Notes under the pieces: model-generated | Seen by the model: only the letters and a program-made list of their open reading frames with translations | The model's database searches: none | Told to the model about the DNA's origin: nothing | Shown here: one piece after another, positions 35,566 to 45,291 of the stretch | How positions within the stretch are numbered: the first letter of the stretch is position 1 | Layout of the letters: every line of letters starts with the position of its first letter | Position numbers and translations under genes: made by a program | Sequence record: PP793740.1 | Reading direction: 5' to 3' (one strand) | Length of the DNA stretch: 64,000 bases

Positions 35566-37481
35566 TACTTTGGGTTCTTATAGGTATTAATAAACTTCTC
35601 TAGCAGGGTGTCCATTTTAGGAGCACCCATGATCTTCTGTGTGATTTCAATAGCATTAACCCTACCACCTGTTAAGTTTACGCCAACTTCACGGCGATGG
35701 TGTTCACTAATTCCTTCCATCATTGAGAATTCCATCACACATGTTTCACGTGCAATATTTAGAATCTGACTAACGTTAGGATATGTCGACACGATGTCAA
35801 GGTCGGCGATATGACAGAAGATTAAGGTTTTATAATTCGGTAAATCTTTAACACACTGCAATCCATTTGGACCTGCCATGTATGATGGTAGTGTAACAAT
35901 CCAATCATTATGGCCAATAACATATTGATCAAGTTCATGCACCATCTGATCTGAACTTGAACCAATGACACATGGCTCTGGTCTATTCAAATACCAGAAG
36001 TGCATATCGTCACATAGTCGTTTTGGGTTAGAACTAAAGTTCTTATAGTCAGATGCCTTAGAGAATAGACTTATAGAGCGACCAAGGTCATTTACTTGTT
36101 CATCAAGTTGTTCTAGTCGAATGGAGTCGATGATGTTATAAAGACCATATTTGATTTTATGCTTAGTCTGCATCTCACGGTGCCAATCGATACCACCAAG
36201 ATGTGCAGTTTCTTTAAAGGTTAACTTACCAAATTCCATTACATATCTAATAGAATCACCATAGGTAAAGTTATCATTTAATATAAAATCATCCACCGGT
36301 ACCCATTCATTACTACCTACATTTTTAATATATTTAGTAATAACGCCGCCTGGTCGGTCAACTAGTTGTTTATTAAAACCTTCAATAAAATCTTCTAAGT
36401 CCTTATCATTTTTAATGGTCGTGGATTTATCGATGTTTAGTTCTTTTCTAAGAATAGACTCTAACCGATAGTTAGGATCACGTCCTTTAGCTAATCGAGT
36501 TACTCGATAAGTTGACATAGAATCGATACATTGAAAACTAGAGGGTGCTGTAATCCAATGCCATTGATCCTCCGGTCCTTTAGATTTAGTGACCCCAGAT
36601 GCAGTGGTGGTCATAGGTTCGTCAATCTTAAAATGGAAATACCTATAATTCTTAGGTACCGATGGATCAGAAAAAACATCAGCTGGATTAACGCCATAAT
36701 GTTCTAATGTTTTTAAGATTCTGCCAATGTCGAAGCTAATATTCCAGAATGCGAAGAAATCTGGTTTCCAGATATGTAGTCGTTTAAAACATTCAATAAT
36801 AATATCCACTGGTGTTTCAACAACCATTACTTCAATATCTAGACCACGTTCTTTAATTAGATGCGATAGCACCTCTTCTTTTTGTGCTTGTTCTAATGTC
36901 TCTTTCACTGGATCTTCAATATCACTAACCCATCGTTTTAAATAGGCTAAGAAAGCTTTGTTCTTATGTGTAACTGACATACAGATAATCTGACCATCGT
37001 TCTCAGCTTCATAAACGTTGGTTTCGATGTCACCGCCAGCAACAGTGTTTAGAGAGATTAGACCAGGATAACGTTCTTGATAATCATGCTTCAGATAACA
37101 GGTTGAACTAACATCACTGCCATATAGGTAAGGACTACGCGCTAGTTGACGAAGAGATCTAGCCGAATAGTCACCTAGGATTTTACTAATCTTACGTTTC
37201 ATGTCAATTTGAGTTGACATGTATTTAACTAAGTTACGCTCATATTCGTAATCTTTCTTTTCTTTATGGTTACGCATTCCTTTTGAGGTAATCCAAAAAG
37301 GACGCTGGTAGTTTTCCCACATCCTTAAATTATTTGCAGTTGTACCATCTTCAAAATGAATTCGTTCTTTAACGAAATGCGCATCTGTAAACTTACCAAA
37401 TTGATCAGTACAATAAGTAATATGTTTGGCTTCAATGCCCTTAATCTTTTTCTTATTTGTAACCTGTTGTTCATTAGACAT
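35565..37481 (-). CDS. Split family-B DNA polymerase, 3'-5' exonuclease half (phiKZ gp82-like)
   Basis: ExoI GDIET, ExoII WNISFD, ExoIII YNIIDS and motif A DIVSTYP. Confidence 0.85.
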   Translation of the reverse strand: MSNEQQVTNKKKIKGIEAKHITYCTDQFGKFTDAHFVKERIHFEDGTTANNLRMWENYQRPFWITSKGMRNHKEKKDYEYERNLVKYMSTQIDMKRKISKILGDYSARSLRQLARSPYLYGSDVSSTCYLKHDYQERYPGLISLNTVAGGDIETNVYEAENDGQIICMSVTHKNKAFLAYLKRWVSDIEDPVKETLEQAQKEEVLSHLIKERGLDIEVMVVETPVDIIIECFKRLHIWKPDFFAFWNISFDIGRILKTLEHYGVNPADVFSDPSVPKNYRYFHFKIDEPMTTTASGVTKSKGPEDQWHWITAPSSFQCIDSMSTYRVTRLAKGRDPNYRLESILRKELNIDKSTTIKNDKDLEDFIEGFNKQLVDRPGGVITKYIKNVGSNEWVPVDDFILNDNFTYGDSIRYVMEFGKLTFKETAHLGGIDWHREMQTKHKIKYGLYNIIDSIRLEQLDEQVNDLGRSISLFSKASDYKNFSSNPKRLCDDMHFWYLNRPEPCVIGSSSDQMVHELDQYVIGHNDWIVTLPSYMAGPNGLQCVKDLPNYKTLIFCHIADLDIVSTYPNVSQILNIARETCVMEFSMMEGISEHHRREVGVNLTGGRVNAIEITQKIMGAPKMDTLLEKFINTYKNPK

Positions 37482-37557
37482 TGCTATAACCTCAGCACAT
37501 ATTGATATTTATCTACGTACTATATTAGTGTCTAGTAAAAGTAATAATCAGCATAAA

Positions 37558-37575
37558 GCCTCCCCTAGGGGAGGC
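37558..37575. terminator. Hairpin flanked by CATAA and ATATG
   Basis: GCCTCCCC-TA-GGGGAGGC. Confidence 0.65.
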
Positions 37576-37582
37576 AATATGT

Positions 37583-39109
37583 TTACATACCAGCTTTCTG
37601 CCGGAAGAAGTGTAGAACGAGTTGCCGTTTACCTTCAGGGATGAAACGTGCAAGATAGTTGATATCTACCTGATAAAGCGCATCTGATACATCACTAGTA
37701 AATAGGCAGAATAGAGTAAGAAGATTAATGTGTGCTTCTTGACGGTTATTCTGAGTAGGTAGAGTAGCAACAAAGCGAAGTGCGTTAGATTCACTAAATA
37801 GAGTATTACGATTTTTCTTAACGAAATCAAAGATAATATCCATGCCTGATTTAAAGCCTTCAATATCTTCGATTGTCATTACGTAGTTGAATACATCATC
37901 TAGTTTCTTTTGTGCATCGCCACCACGTTCGATAGTGATATAGTCACCAGGTTTAGCACCAGTGGCAAACTGCTCTAGACGAGATTCGATAAATACTTGG
38001 TTCATTTTGGTCATACCTTTACGAAGTACAGGTTCATTAGATGTTGATTCACTATTCAAGATTTTAACTTCCCCGGTTGGTTTAATATCATCTTTACCAG
38101 AGAATACTTTCCATTGTTCAACAATAGTTTCAATATCTTGACTAGTGGTAGGTAAGAATAAGCGATCGCGTAACTCAATAGCAATTTTAAAATCTTTTAT
38201 CAGATTACTATTTTTAATAAGTCCTTCAGCCCAGTCTTCAAGCTCTGCTGTCGTCCAATCGGTAGGTGGAGCATTATCACGAATAACACTATTAACCCAA
38301 CTACCACGTAGTGTTTTTGGTGGAGTAATACCTTGTTTAACAAAATCAACCACTTCTTGGGTAGACCAATCTAGTGGAATATCACTAGTGTGAATACGCA
38401 GTTGCTTGACTAATTCTTCAAGCTTGATACTGTCTTCAGTATTGCGAATATCTTGTTTCAGTGTATCTTCATTAACTACCGGTACAATTACTTCCTCAGT
38501 AGTCTCATTCTCTTTAGCCCGTTTAGTTAAAATATCATCAGCAATATCGGCGATATCATTAACTACACCAGTTAGACGATGGTTAGCAGCATCGATTAGT
38601 TCATCATCTGACCATTCATCATAAGGACGATATTTACGGGTTGGGTCAAATACAAAGTTGCCGAGTTCAGTTTTACCTTTAGCAGGACCACCTACAGATT
38701 CCCAAGCAGCAATGTCTTCATTGGTCCAGGATTCTGGGATATTGTAAGTAGTACGAATGCCTTCCCAATTAGGTTCGCCGTAAACAGCGCCTTCTGCAAG
38801 AGGAGTAGGTTCAGTTACTGACACATCGCCTTCCTGCCGAACAACATATTCTTTCTGGCCGTCTGTATTAGTGGCAAAGACGAAATTGCCGATGCTGGAG
38901 AGCCGTGGATCAAAAGCTGGTGCCGACAGACTTACGGTAGTCTTTTGGATGTCAGTTTGGGATACGTTACCATGCACCACTTCTTCTTTCTCAGTGGTCT
39001 CTACAACGGGTTCTTCTTTCGGAAGGTAGCCCACTTCGTCATATACTGCGATTTGCGGAGTCATACCACGTTCAGCACGACGGTTCAGATCAAAACGTTT
39101 CTTAGCCAT
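37583..39109 (-). CDS. Conserved hypothetical protein (gp81-like)
   Basis: 508 aa; internal repeats of the type IP..W...D/E....W; synteny. Confidence 0.7.
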   Translation of the reverse strand: MAKKRFDLNRRAERGMTPQIAVYDEVGYLPKEEPVVETTEKEEVVHGNVSQTDIQKTTVSLSAPAFDPRLSSIGNFVFATNTDGQKEYVVRQEGDVSVTEPTPLAEGAVYGEPNWEGIRTTYNIPESWTNEDIAAWESVGGPAKGKTELGNFVFDPTRKYRPYDEWSDDELIDAANHRLTGVVNDIADIADDILTKRAKENETTEEVIVPVVNEDTLKQDIRNTEDSIKLEELVKQLRIHTSDIPLDWSTQEVVDFVKQGITPPKTLRGSWVNSVIRDNAPPTDWTTAELEDWAEGLIKNSNLIKDFKIAIELRDRLFLPTTSQDIETIVEQWKVFSGKDDIKPTGEVKILNSESTSNEPVLRKGMTKMNQVFIESRLEQFATGAKPGDYITIERGGDAQKKLDDVFNYVMTIEDIEGFKSGMDIIFDFVKKNRNTLFSESNALRFVATLPTQNNRQEAHINLLTLFCLFTSDVSDALYQVDINYLARFIPEGKRQLVLHFFRQKAGM

Positions 39110-39143
39110 TTAATAGTTCCTTCGATTGATTATAACCTAAATA

Positions 39144-39169
39144 ATGGAGAAGCTGAGTAACTTCTCCAT
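39144..39169. terminator. Hairpin after the virion RNAP subunit gene
   Basis: ATGGAGAAG-CTGAGTAA-CTTCTCCAT. Confidence 0.55.
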
Positions 39170-39174
39170 CTATT

Positions 39175-40533
39175 TTAACTGATGCGATCGCGATAAGACC
39201 ATTTAACAGTCTTAAGAACAGCACTGTGCATTTTAGACATGAAGATGGATAGGAATCGACCACCTACACCTGCTGCCGCTGCCGGTATGCCATTGGGGTT
39301 CTCTGACATTTGTTTACCCATACAGACAGCGCATACGTTCTTACCTCTACCTATTACACCATTAGCTGGATCACCACCGGCCTTACATGTCATTGGACCA
39401 CGTAGTTCAATCTCAGTGCCAACTAGTTCATCAATATTAGTTTCTTCAATAAGGATAGATTTCCCATTCTTAACATAAGACAAGCCAATGAAATCTTTCT
39501 TATTAAATTGATGAACAGTGGTTGGAATACCTATCCATGTGTTGCAGTCTTCCATAATAATCCTGACTGTACCAACCATTCGATAAATCGTTTTAGTTGA
39601 CTCACCGCCAAGGGCTGTTTGTGCACCACGGTTATATGAGCCATAACGTAATGAGTTATTCATTACTGGCATATGGTCAGTGTCAATGCCTTCTTCCAAT
39701 GATTTACCGATATATTCAACCGATGTACCATCTTGGAATGGTGCTTCCCCACCAAACATACCAAATACTTTCTTACGCACGCCACCAAATAATTTACTAT
39801 GTTTAGTGTCATAGAACTCATAAGAAGGATCGTCTTTTAGATAGTCCACATCTAGCTTGATTAACGCATTACCCATTTCTGCAATAACAGCCGGATCATC
39901 TAACCGATCTTTATATTTCTCTTCTAGTTCTTTACGTAACTTATCTCTGTCTGGTGCAGAGGTCATTGATTTCTCAGTAATGGATGTTACCAAGGTACTA
40001 GCATATGCTGGCAATGCTAAACAATGATCTGCAAACATCCGATATTGCCATACATATAGCTTACCATCAGTTGCACGCGGTGGATTATCATCATCAATTG
40101 GATCATCGATCATGCGGTTAAGAATTTCTTTCTCAACTTTACCAATATCGAAATAACCAGATTGGAATGGGAACAGATCACCGAAAGGTAAACATAATAC
40201 TAAATGGTTAACAAAAACGTTACCATAAGTTGTTCTTAATGCACCTGGTCCTTTATAGTTTTCAATTTCACCAGGTTGTAAAATGAATTCATCTCGAAAT
40301 GCTAATGGTTGTTTACCTTCAATATAATCGTCGATATAAACAACTTCATCATTAGAATCGCCTTCTTTATAGAAGAACATTTTACCATCTTTGAAATATG
40401 GCTTGTATAGATATTCACCACCATCATTTGGGTTATAAACGATATTAAATAAAACGTTAACCCATGCTCGTTTCTTATCTAATCCAGCATTGATACCCAT
40501 TAGAAAATAATCACGTAATTTCATTAGTATCAC
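39175..40533 (-). CDS. rpoC: Virion RNA polymerase beta'-like subunit, C-terminal part (phiKZ gp80)
   Basis: GSYNRG...A.GG bridge-helix region, Zn site C...C...VCAVCMG, GG...MSKMH trigger-loop-like segment. Confidence 0.85.
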   Translation of the reverse strand: MILMKLRDYFLMGINAGLDKKRAWVNVLFNIVYNPNDGGEYLYKPYFKDGKMFFYKEGDSNDEVVYIDDYIEGKQPLAFRDEFILQPGEIENYKGPGALRTTYGNVFVNHLVLCLPFGDLFPFQSGYFDIGKVEKEILNRMIDDPIDDDNPPRATDGKLYVWQYRMFADHCLALPAYASTLVTSITEKSMTSAPDRDKLRKELEEKYKDRLDDPAVIAEMGNALIKLDVDYLKDDPSYEFYDTKHSKLFGGVRKKVFGMFGGEAPFQDGTSVEYIGKSLEEGIDTDHMPVMNNSLRYGSYNRGAQTALGGESTKTIYRMVGTVRIIMEDCNTWIGIPTTVHQFNKKDFIGLSYVKNGKSILIEETNIDELVGTEIELRGPMTCKAGGDPANGVIGRGKNVCAVCMGKQMSENPNGIPAAAAGVGGRFLSIFMSKMHSAVLKTVKWSYRDRIS

Positions 40534-41401
40534 CTATGCTATTTAAAATCTTTTTAGCTTCATTTTCCATAATAGATCGTTCAATATTGTTAGATGTGAA
40601 ATCATCTATAATACTCATTACCGTTCTACTAATTTCATTCTGTTCAGTATTTGAAATTAATACCAATCCGACAATTTCTTTAGCAACTTCAATAGGTGTC
40701 ATAGCATCTAATGGGCCAAATGAAATTTGTAATAGGTCATCAATATTCCTTTTACCAACACGTAATCCCGCATTAACTAGTTCCATAGCTAACTTAAATG
40801 ATGCGCGCGTATGAATACGAATAAGGCGATTAATTAAATTAATCCGTTCGACATTACTTACATTTCCATATGCTTGACCACGGGTAGTAAGTACTGACTG
40901 AATAAATGATGTAATATTACTAATAAGTGTTGGTGATACACTTTCAATTAAGTCAATGATATTTAAGAAATCTACACTTGTATCGATAAGTTCTACCAGA
41001 TGTGCTAACGTCTCTTCGGGTGAATATTCGGCTAACAGAATATCATTCACTTCATCTGGAATAATGTAATCTTCTAAACTAAGGAGTGTATTAACAACAG
41101 CTTGCCGTTCAGCCTGAGTTGCTTCATCACTAATTTTAATAAGATGTTCATTTAGAATTTCATCTTGTGCAATGCGAATGATATCATCAATGCGAGAAAG
41201 AAGCATTGCATTATCTGAGATACCTGATTGAATCTGACATACTGTATTTAGTTCATCTAGAGCTGCAACATAATTGATCTTTTCAAAAGATGCTACACAG
41301 TCTAGGATAACTTCTTTACGCTCTTCATGTATAAGAGGCGTAAGATAACTATCAATGAAATCTTTCATGACGATATCCTTTTTATACGGAATTATTAACA
41401 T
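40511..41401 (-). CDS. Virion/hypothetical protein (probably gp79-like; start may be MKDF at 41368)
   Basis: ORF track; synteny. Confidence 0.65.
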   Translation of the reverse strand: MLIIPYKKDIVMKDFIDSYLTPLIHEERKEVILDCVASFEKINYVAALDELNTVCQIQSGISDNAMLLSRIDDIIRIAQDEILNEHLIKISDEATQAERQAVVNTLLSLEDYIIPDEVNDILLAEYSPEETLAHLVELIDTSVDFLNIIDLIESVSPTLISNITSFIQSVLTTRGQAYGNVSNVERINLINRLIRIHTRASFKLAMELVNAGLRVGKRNIDDLLQISFGPLDAMTPIEVAKEIVGLVLISNTEQNEISRTVMSIIDDFTSNNIERSIMENEAKKILNSIGDTNEIT

Positions 41402-41538
41402 AGGGTTGGACAGATAGTTATTCTTTAATATAGTGTAAAATTACCAAATGTGTTAAATATATGTTGAACTAATCATTTTTTCATTTGTCAATTTATATTG
41501 GCAAATATTAAATTAAGCCTCTATCGGAGTATAACAAG

Positions 41539-42033
41539 ATGTCAAATAAAGCTAAAGAACCAACTCTAACTAAAGAACAGGAAAAGACTCTACGTCTATT
41601 TGAACGTGCAGTTGGAGCATCAGCTGCCGCAGCTGATCATATTCTTAACCGTGATGGTTGGGATGTTGTCAATGTACTAGCAGGTTCCGTAGGTAAACGT
41701 ATTCTACAAACTGAAGTATTCATTAATCCAGTTATCAATAAGATCAATGAAATCATTCCGACGTTATCTGATCCTACTGGATTCCAAAAGAACCTACAAA
41801 CAGTTATTGCTGACCTTAATCGACTAACTAAAATTATCAGTGTCCTATATGCACAACATCAAGGTAAGGCTGGTCCAGCAAATAATGAAGATGAACTAAA
41901 ACTCATCAGTGAACTTGTTACTAAATACACTGGTATTGAAGGTGCTATTGAACGCGGTATTGATGGTGTAATCCTAGCGATGATCGGCACTCTTCGAGAA
42001 GCTGGTTGGGACGAAAAACTAATTCAACAATAA
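41539..42033 (+). CDS. Hypothetical helical protein (164 aa)
   Basis: GGAG RBS; first gene of a + strand operon. Confidence 0.75.
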   Translation: MSNKAKEPTLTKEQEKTLRLFERAVGASAAAADHILNRDGWDVVNVLAGSVGKRILQTEVFINPVINKINEIIPTLSDPTGFQKNLQTVIADLNRLTKIISVLYAQHQGKAGPANNEDELKLISELVTKYTGIEGAIERGIDGVILAMIGTLREAGWDEKLIQQ

Positions 42034-42044
42034 TGGAGTTTTAA

Positions 42045-43646
42045 ATGGCTACTGCTGACTTCGATAATGAGTACGATGATACTCCAGAAGAGAATTTACT
42101 AGATCAAATTGATGAGATCAATGCGCAACACGATCCTGACTCTAGTATTGAAAATAATGACGAGGTGGAAACTCCACCTTTCGTTCCTGATCAAAAAGAA
42201 ATTAAACTACGTATTCCACGTAATGCTAAAACTGGAAATATCCGGGATGCTTCTGAACCGGCTATTAAAGATAGTGCTAGCATTCTTACTTTACTACGTG
42301 AGAATCCCCAGACTGTTTATAATTTCCTGGATCACAATAAAGAACTATTTAAAGCATTTGCTGATAATAAAGTAGATGACACTAGTGACGGTGTAAAGTG
42401 GACAGCTGCTATTCTGGAAGGCTTAGCTCACTCTATTGTTGAAGATGCACCAATCGGTGCAACTGCCCGAGAAGGTTCTGAATGGTCTAGTGAAATTCCT
42501 TATGGTGAAAAGATCATTCGACCTGGCCGACCTGTATTTAATACCAATGGTCGTAAAATGACCGATGATGAAACTCTAGTTTTCCTAACACGTAAAGCTA
42601 ACATCGGTACGCCATATGATACTTTCCTACCTCATTCAGGTATTTGGGTAAAACTACGTGCACCTACTGGTACTGAAGTAGCTGCCCTACAAGCACGTCT
42701 AGCACAATTAAAGATCCGGCTAGGCGCTGAATCAAAAGGTATGCTGTTCTCAAACATGGCAGCTGTGTTACTTAACATGGTTAGTAGTTTAGCACTTGCA
42801 TGTGTTATTCAATCCAACTATAAGTTCAACACCCCAACTGATCTAGAGCATGTTATCTCAGTAGCTGATGAGCCGTTCTTGCATCACGCACTAGCGGCGA
42901 CTATGTATCCAGATGGATTTAATTATAGTTATCCATGCATTGCAGATGCCAATACATGTAACCATATTGAAACAGCGAAACTTAATATGTCAACGCTTGT
43001 TCAATATGATCTACTGGCATTCTCAGAAGAACAAAAGAAATATATTGCACGTAAGTTTAATGCATGTACTGAATCTGATCTTAAGACTTATAAAGAAGGA
43101 TTCCGTATTGAAACTCAAGTAACTGAAATGTTTGGTGACGTTGGTGTTGTTCTTGAGATGTGTACAATTGCTGATCGCCGAGAGTCTGGTGATAGTTGGA
43201 TTAACTCAATTATCGATATGACTCAAGGTAGTTTTAATGAACCAGTCGATGGTCCGCAACGTTCTCAGTATATTGCACGTTTACAAAAGATCTCTATTGC
43301 CCGTCAGTTCTCACATTTTGTTAAAGAAATTAAAGTACGTGAAGATGACGATGGTGAAAGTTCTGAAGACAATATTCGTACTGCAACCACTAATCGTGAA
43401 ACTATTGAAAAGTTCTTAACTAATATTCTATCCACACCGGAATATAATGACCGCTTTATTAATGCGGTGAGTAACTTCATTGATTCACAACTAATTGGAA
43501 TGATTGCAATTACAAGTTGGAATTGTCCAGTATGTGAGTCACCTGCTGCTACTAAATTTAAAGAACGTTTCCCACACTTAATCCCTATTGACATGCTGTC
43601 AACTTTTTTTACTTTGGCGGCCTCGAAGTCAAACCGGATGGTGTAG
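42045..43646 (+). CDS. Putative baseplate-hub/tail assembly chaperone, T4 gp26-like C-terminus (probably phiKZ gp77)
   Basis: YPC....C.H and WNCPVCE Zn-type motifs; ends I.ML.TFF at a slippery site. Confidence 0.6.
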   Translation: MATADFDNEYDDTPEENLLDQIDEINAQHDPDSSIENNDEVETPPFVPDQKEIKLRIPRNAKTGNIRDASEPAIKDSASILTLLRENPQTVYNFLDHNKELFKAFADNKVDDTSDGVKWTAAILEGLAHSIVEDAPIGATAREGSEWSSEIPYGEKIIRPGRPVFNTNGRKMTDDETLVFLTRKANIGTPYDTFLPHSGIWVKLRAPTGTEVAALQARLAQLKIRLGAESKGMLFSNMAAVLLNMVSSLALACVIQSNYKFNTPTDLEHVISVADEPFLHHALAATMYPDGFNYSYPCIADANTCNHIETAKLNMSTLVQYDLLAFSEEQKKYIARKFNACTESDLKTYKEGFRIETQVTEMFGDVGVVLEMCTIADRRESGDSWINSIIDMTQGSFNEPVDGPQRSQYIARLQKISIARQFSHFVKEIKVREDDDGESSEDNIRTATTNRETIEKFLTNILSTPEYNDRFINAVSNFIDSQLIGMIAITSWNCPVCESPAATKFKERFPHLIPIDMLSTFFTLAASKSNRMV

Positions 43647-44107
43647 TTAATGATCTGAGATATAGTCGTCTTGAGGCCACTTTCAAGGAAGATAGTGGTC
43701 ACATCCTACATCCAAACTTTGGTTATGATAAGTTAACTGAAGATGATACACACTTAGATAGACTATTATCGACAGTAGGGGCAGTAAGACCGTCTACAGC
43801 AGCACGTTTAACAAGAGAAGCATATCTACTTGATTACGATATCGGTTCACCAGAAAACGGACCCATGTGGTTAAATAAGGTAAATCCTAAAGAGGACTTT
43901 ATCGAAGGTGGGTTGAGAAGGAGACTGACTAGAGATTTCTTCAAGTATAAAGTAGGTAGCTTATCTAATATGTCATTAACTGAATTCTTTGAATTAGCTT
44001 ATTCTGAGGTAGAATACATAATTGAATTATGTAGAAATATTACCCATAATGAAGCTGTTAATAACAATAACCAGTTAAATGAATTAAACAAGCCGTTAAC
44101 TAAATAA
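43604..44107 (+). CDS. -1 frameshift extension frame, T4 gp51/lambda T-like (165 codons; first ATG only at 43865)
   Basis: Frame opens after TGA at 43589; T TTT TTT at 43604-43610; C-terminal SLTEFFEL.YSEVEYIIEL. Confidence 0.7.
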   Translation, partial: FFYFGGLEVKPDGVVNDLRYSRLEATFKEDSGHILHPNFGYDKLTEDDTHLDRLLSTVGAVRPSTAARLTREAYLLDYDIGSPENGPMWLNKVNPKEDFIEGGLRRRLTRDFFKYKVGSLSNMSLTEFFELAYSEVEYIIELCRNITHNEAVNNNNQLNELNKPLTK

Positions 44108-44125
44108 AAAAAAAATAAAGACAGG

Positions 44126-44147
44126 CCCCTCTCCACATGGAGAGGGG
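44126..44147. terminator. Bidirectional terminator
   Basis: CCCCTCTCC-ACAT-GGAGAGGGG followed by TTTATGTCG. Confidence 0.75.
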
Positions 44148-44158
44148 TTTATGTCGCC

Positions 44159-44302
44159 TTACTTACGTGCAAAGCTAGCTACAAGACCTTTGATAGCTAG
44201 AGCGACCATCCAGGCCGTTAACCCCTTCATTGGGCGGATATCAACCCGTTCTTCGATATCCAGATTGCCCTCACTATTGATTACCTCAATTCGTACTTGC
44301 AT
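44159..44302 (-). CDS. 47-aa protein with amphipathic/hydrophobic C-terminal helix (not in the ORF track)
   Basis: Hand translation MQVRIEVINSEGNLDIEERVDIRPMKGLTAWMVALAIKGLVASFARK; AAGGAG RBS. Confidence 0.65.
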   Translation of the reverse strand: MQVRIEVINSEGNLDIEERVDIRPMKGLTAWMVALAIKGLVASFARK

Positions 44303-44397
44303 GGTCTACTCCTTATCAGGGTGGGATATGATATTCAAAAGTCTTTTGATATAAAGATGGCATATTACCCCACCAATAAAAGGCGGGGTAATATTTA

Positions 44398-44592
44398 TTA
44401 AACCATCAGATATCCTAATGGGAATAAAGCAAAGAAGCCATATAAAACAACAAGCAGTGTCTTTTGGCGAACATACCGGGATTTAATACTATCTTTATCT
44501 AAGTCAAACTTGACATAAAGATAAATCTGATAACTTTTATATCCCATACTAGCCACAAGGGCTATTACTATAAGTTGACACAAAAAGACCAT
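44398..44592 (-). CDS. Small two-TM membrane protein
   Basis: Two hydrophobic segments. Confidence 0.6.
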   Translation of the reverse strand: MVFLCQLIVIALVASMGYKSYQIYLYVKFDLDKDSIKSRYVRQKTLLVVLYGFFALFPLGYLMV

Positions 44593-44647
44593 AGTGGGAT
44601 GCTCTTATTATTAGAGAACAATGATCAATTGTTCTTACATAGCATGT

Positions 44648-44839
44648 CTATTTAATATGCATGATTATCATATTAAATAACCACAACCCTAACATAAGGG
44701 TAAACATACTGCAAATCAAGCCACTTACAATCATTGCTTTTTGTTTGATTGTTTTAGCAGCAGCAAGAAATATAATTGAAGTTATTAATCCACTAAATGC
44801 AATTAATAGTGGTACTAAAAATAACAATACCCGAGCCAT
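44648..44839 (-). CDS. Small two-TM membrane protein
   Basis: GAGG RBS; two hydrophobic helices with a KTIKQK loop. Confidence 0.7.
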   Translation of the reverse strand: MARVLLFLVPLLIAFSGLITSIIFLAAAKTIKQKAMIVSGLICSMFTLMLGLWLFNMIIMHIK

Positions 44840-44851
44840 ATAGACACCTCA

Positions 44852-45124
44852 TCAAAATAGATAAGTTGTACATGTCAGTGAATAGTTAGTCCAGCAACTA
44901 ACAATAGTACTTACCCATATGGTAACTAATACAATGCTTACGGAGAGAAAAAGCATAGCGTACTGGCATGCACTTTTATTAAAGATATCTTTAAACTCAA
45001 GATATGTTTTAATAATAAATATCAGCATGCATGTTAGAAGAATATCAACTAAGATCAAAGTACTGACTAGAAGCCATGTTGCACCAAAGATCTGATCAAC
45101 TGTATACATTATTTCCACTCCCAT
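44852..45124 (-). CDS. Small two-TM membrane protein
   Basis: Two hydrophobic helices; downstream of an early promoter. Confidence 0.7.
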   Translation of the reverse strand: MGVEIMYTVDQIFGATWLLVSTLILVDILLTCMLIFIIKTYLEFKDIFNKSACQYAMLFLSVSIVLVTIWVSTIVSCWTNYSLTCTTYLF

Positions 45125-45203
45125 AGTTTATAAGCTATAACTACAATTGTAATCATAATCAATTTTTTCTTCATTGTAAATACCCTATAGTTTTATCACA
45201 TTT

Positions 45204-45211
45204 GTGATATA
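45204..45211 (-). promoter_or_regulatory. phiKZ-type early promoter (TATATCAC variant)
   Basis: ATTTTAAACAG-TATATCAC, nearly identical in context to the 7370 site. Confidence 0.7.
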
Positions 45212-45252
45212 CTGTTTAAAATGCTTTAAATACAAAAAATAAAAAAAGCATA

Positions 45253-45276
45253 ATCCCTCCCAACTAAGGGAGGGAT
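45253..45276. terminator. Terminator after the helicase gene
   Basis: ATCCCTCCC-AACTAA-GGGAGGGAT, flanked by CATA and TTATG. Confidence 0.7.
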
Positions 45277-45291
45277 CATTTATGCCATTTA

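Noticed and set aside
36200-36450. Possible intein in the polymerase exonuclease half
   Set aside because: No Cys/Ser...His-Asn splice junctions or LAGLIDADG blocks are visible; it looks like an ordinary insertion.
43304-43702. 132-aa - strand ORF
   Set aside because: Antisense to the chaperone gene and its frameshift extension; no RBS.
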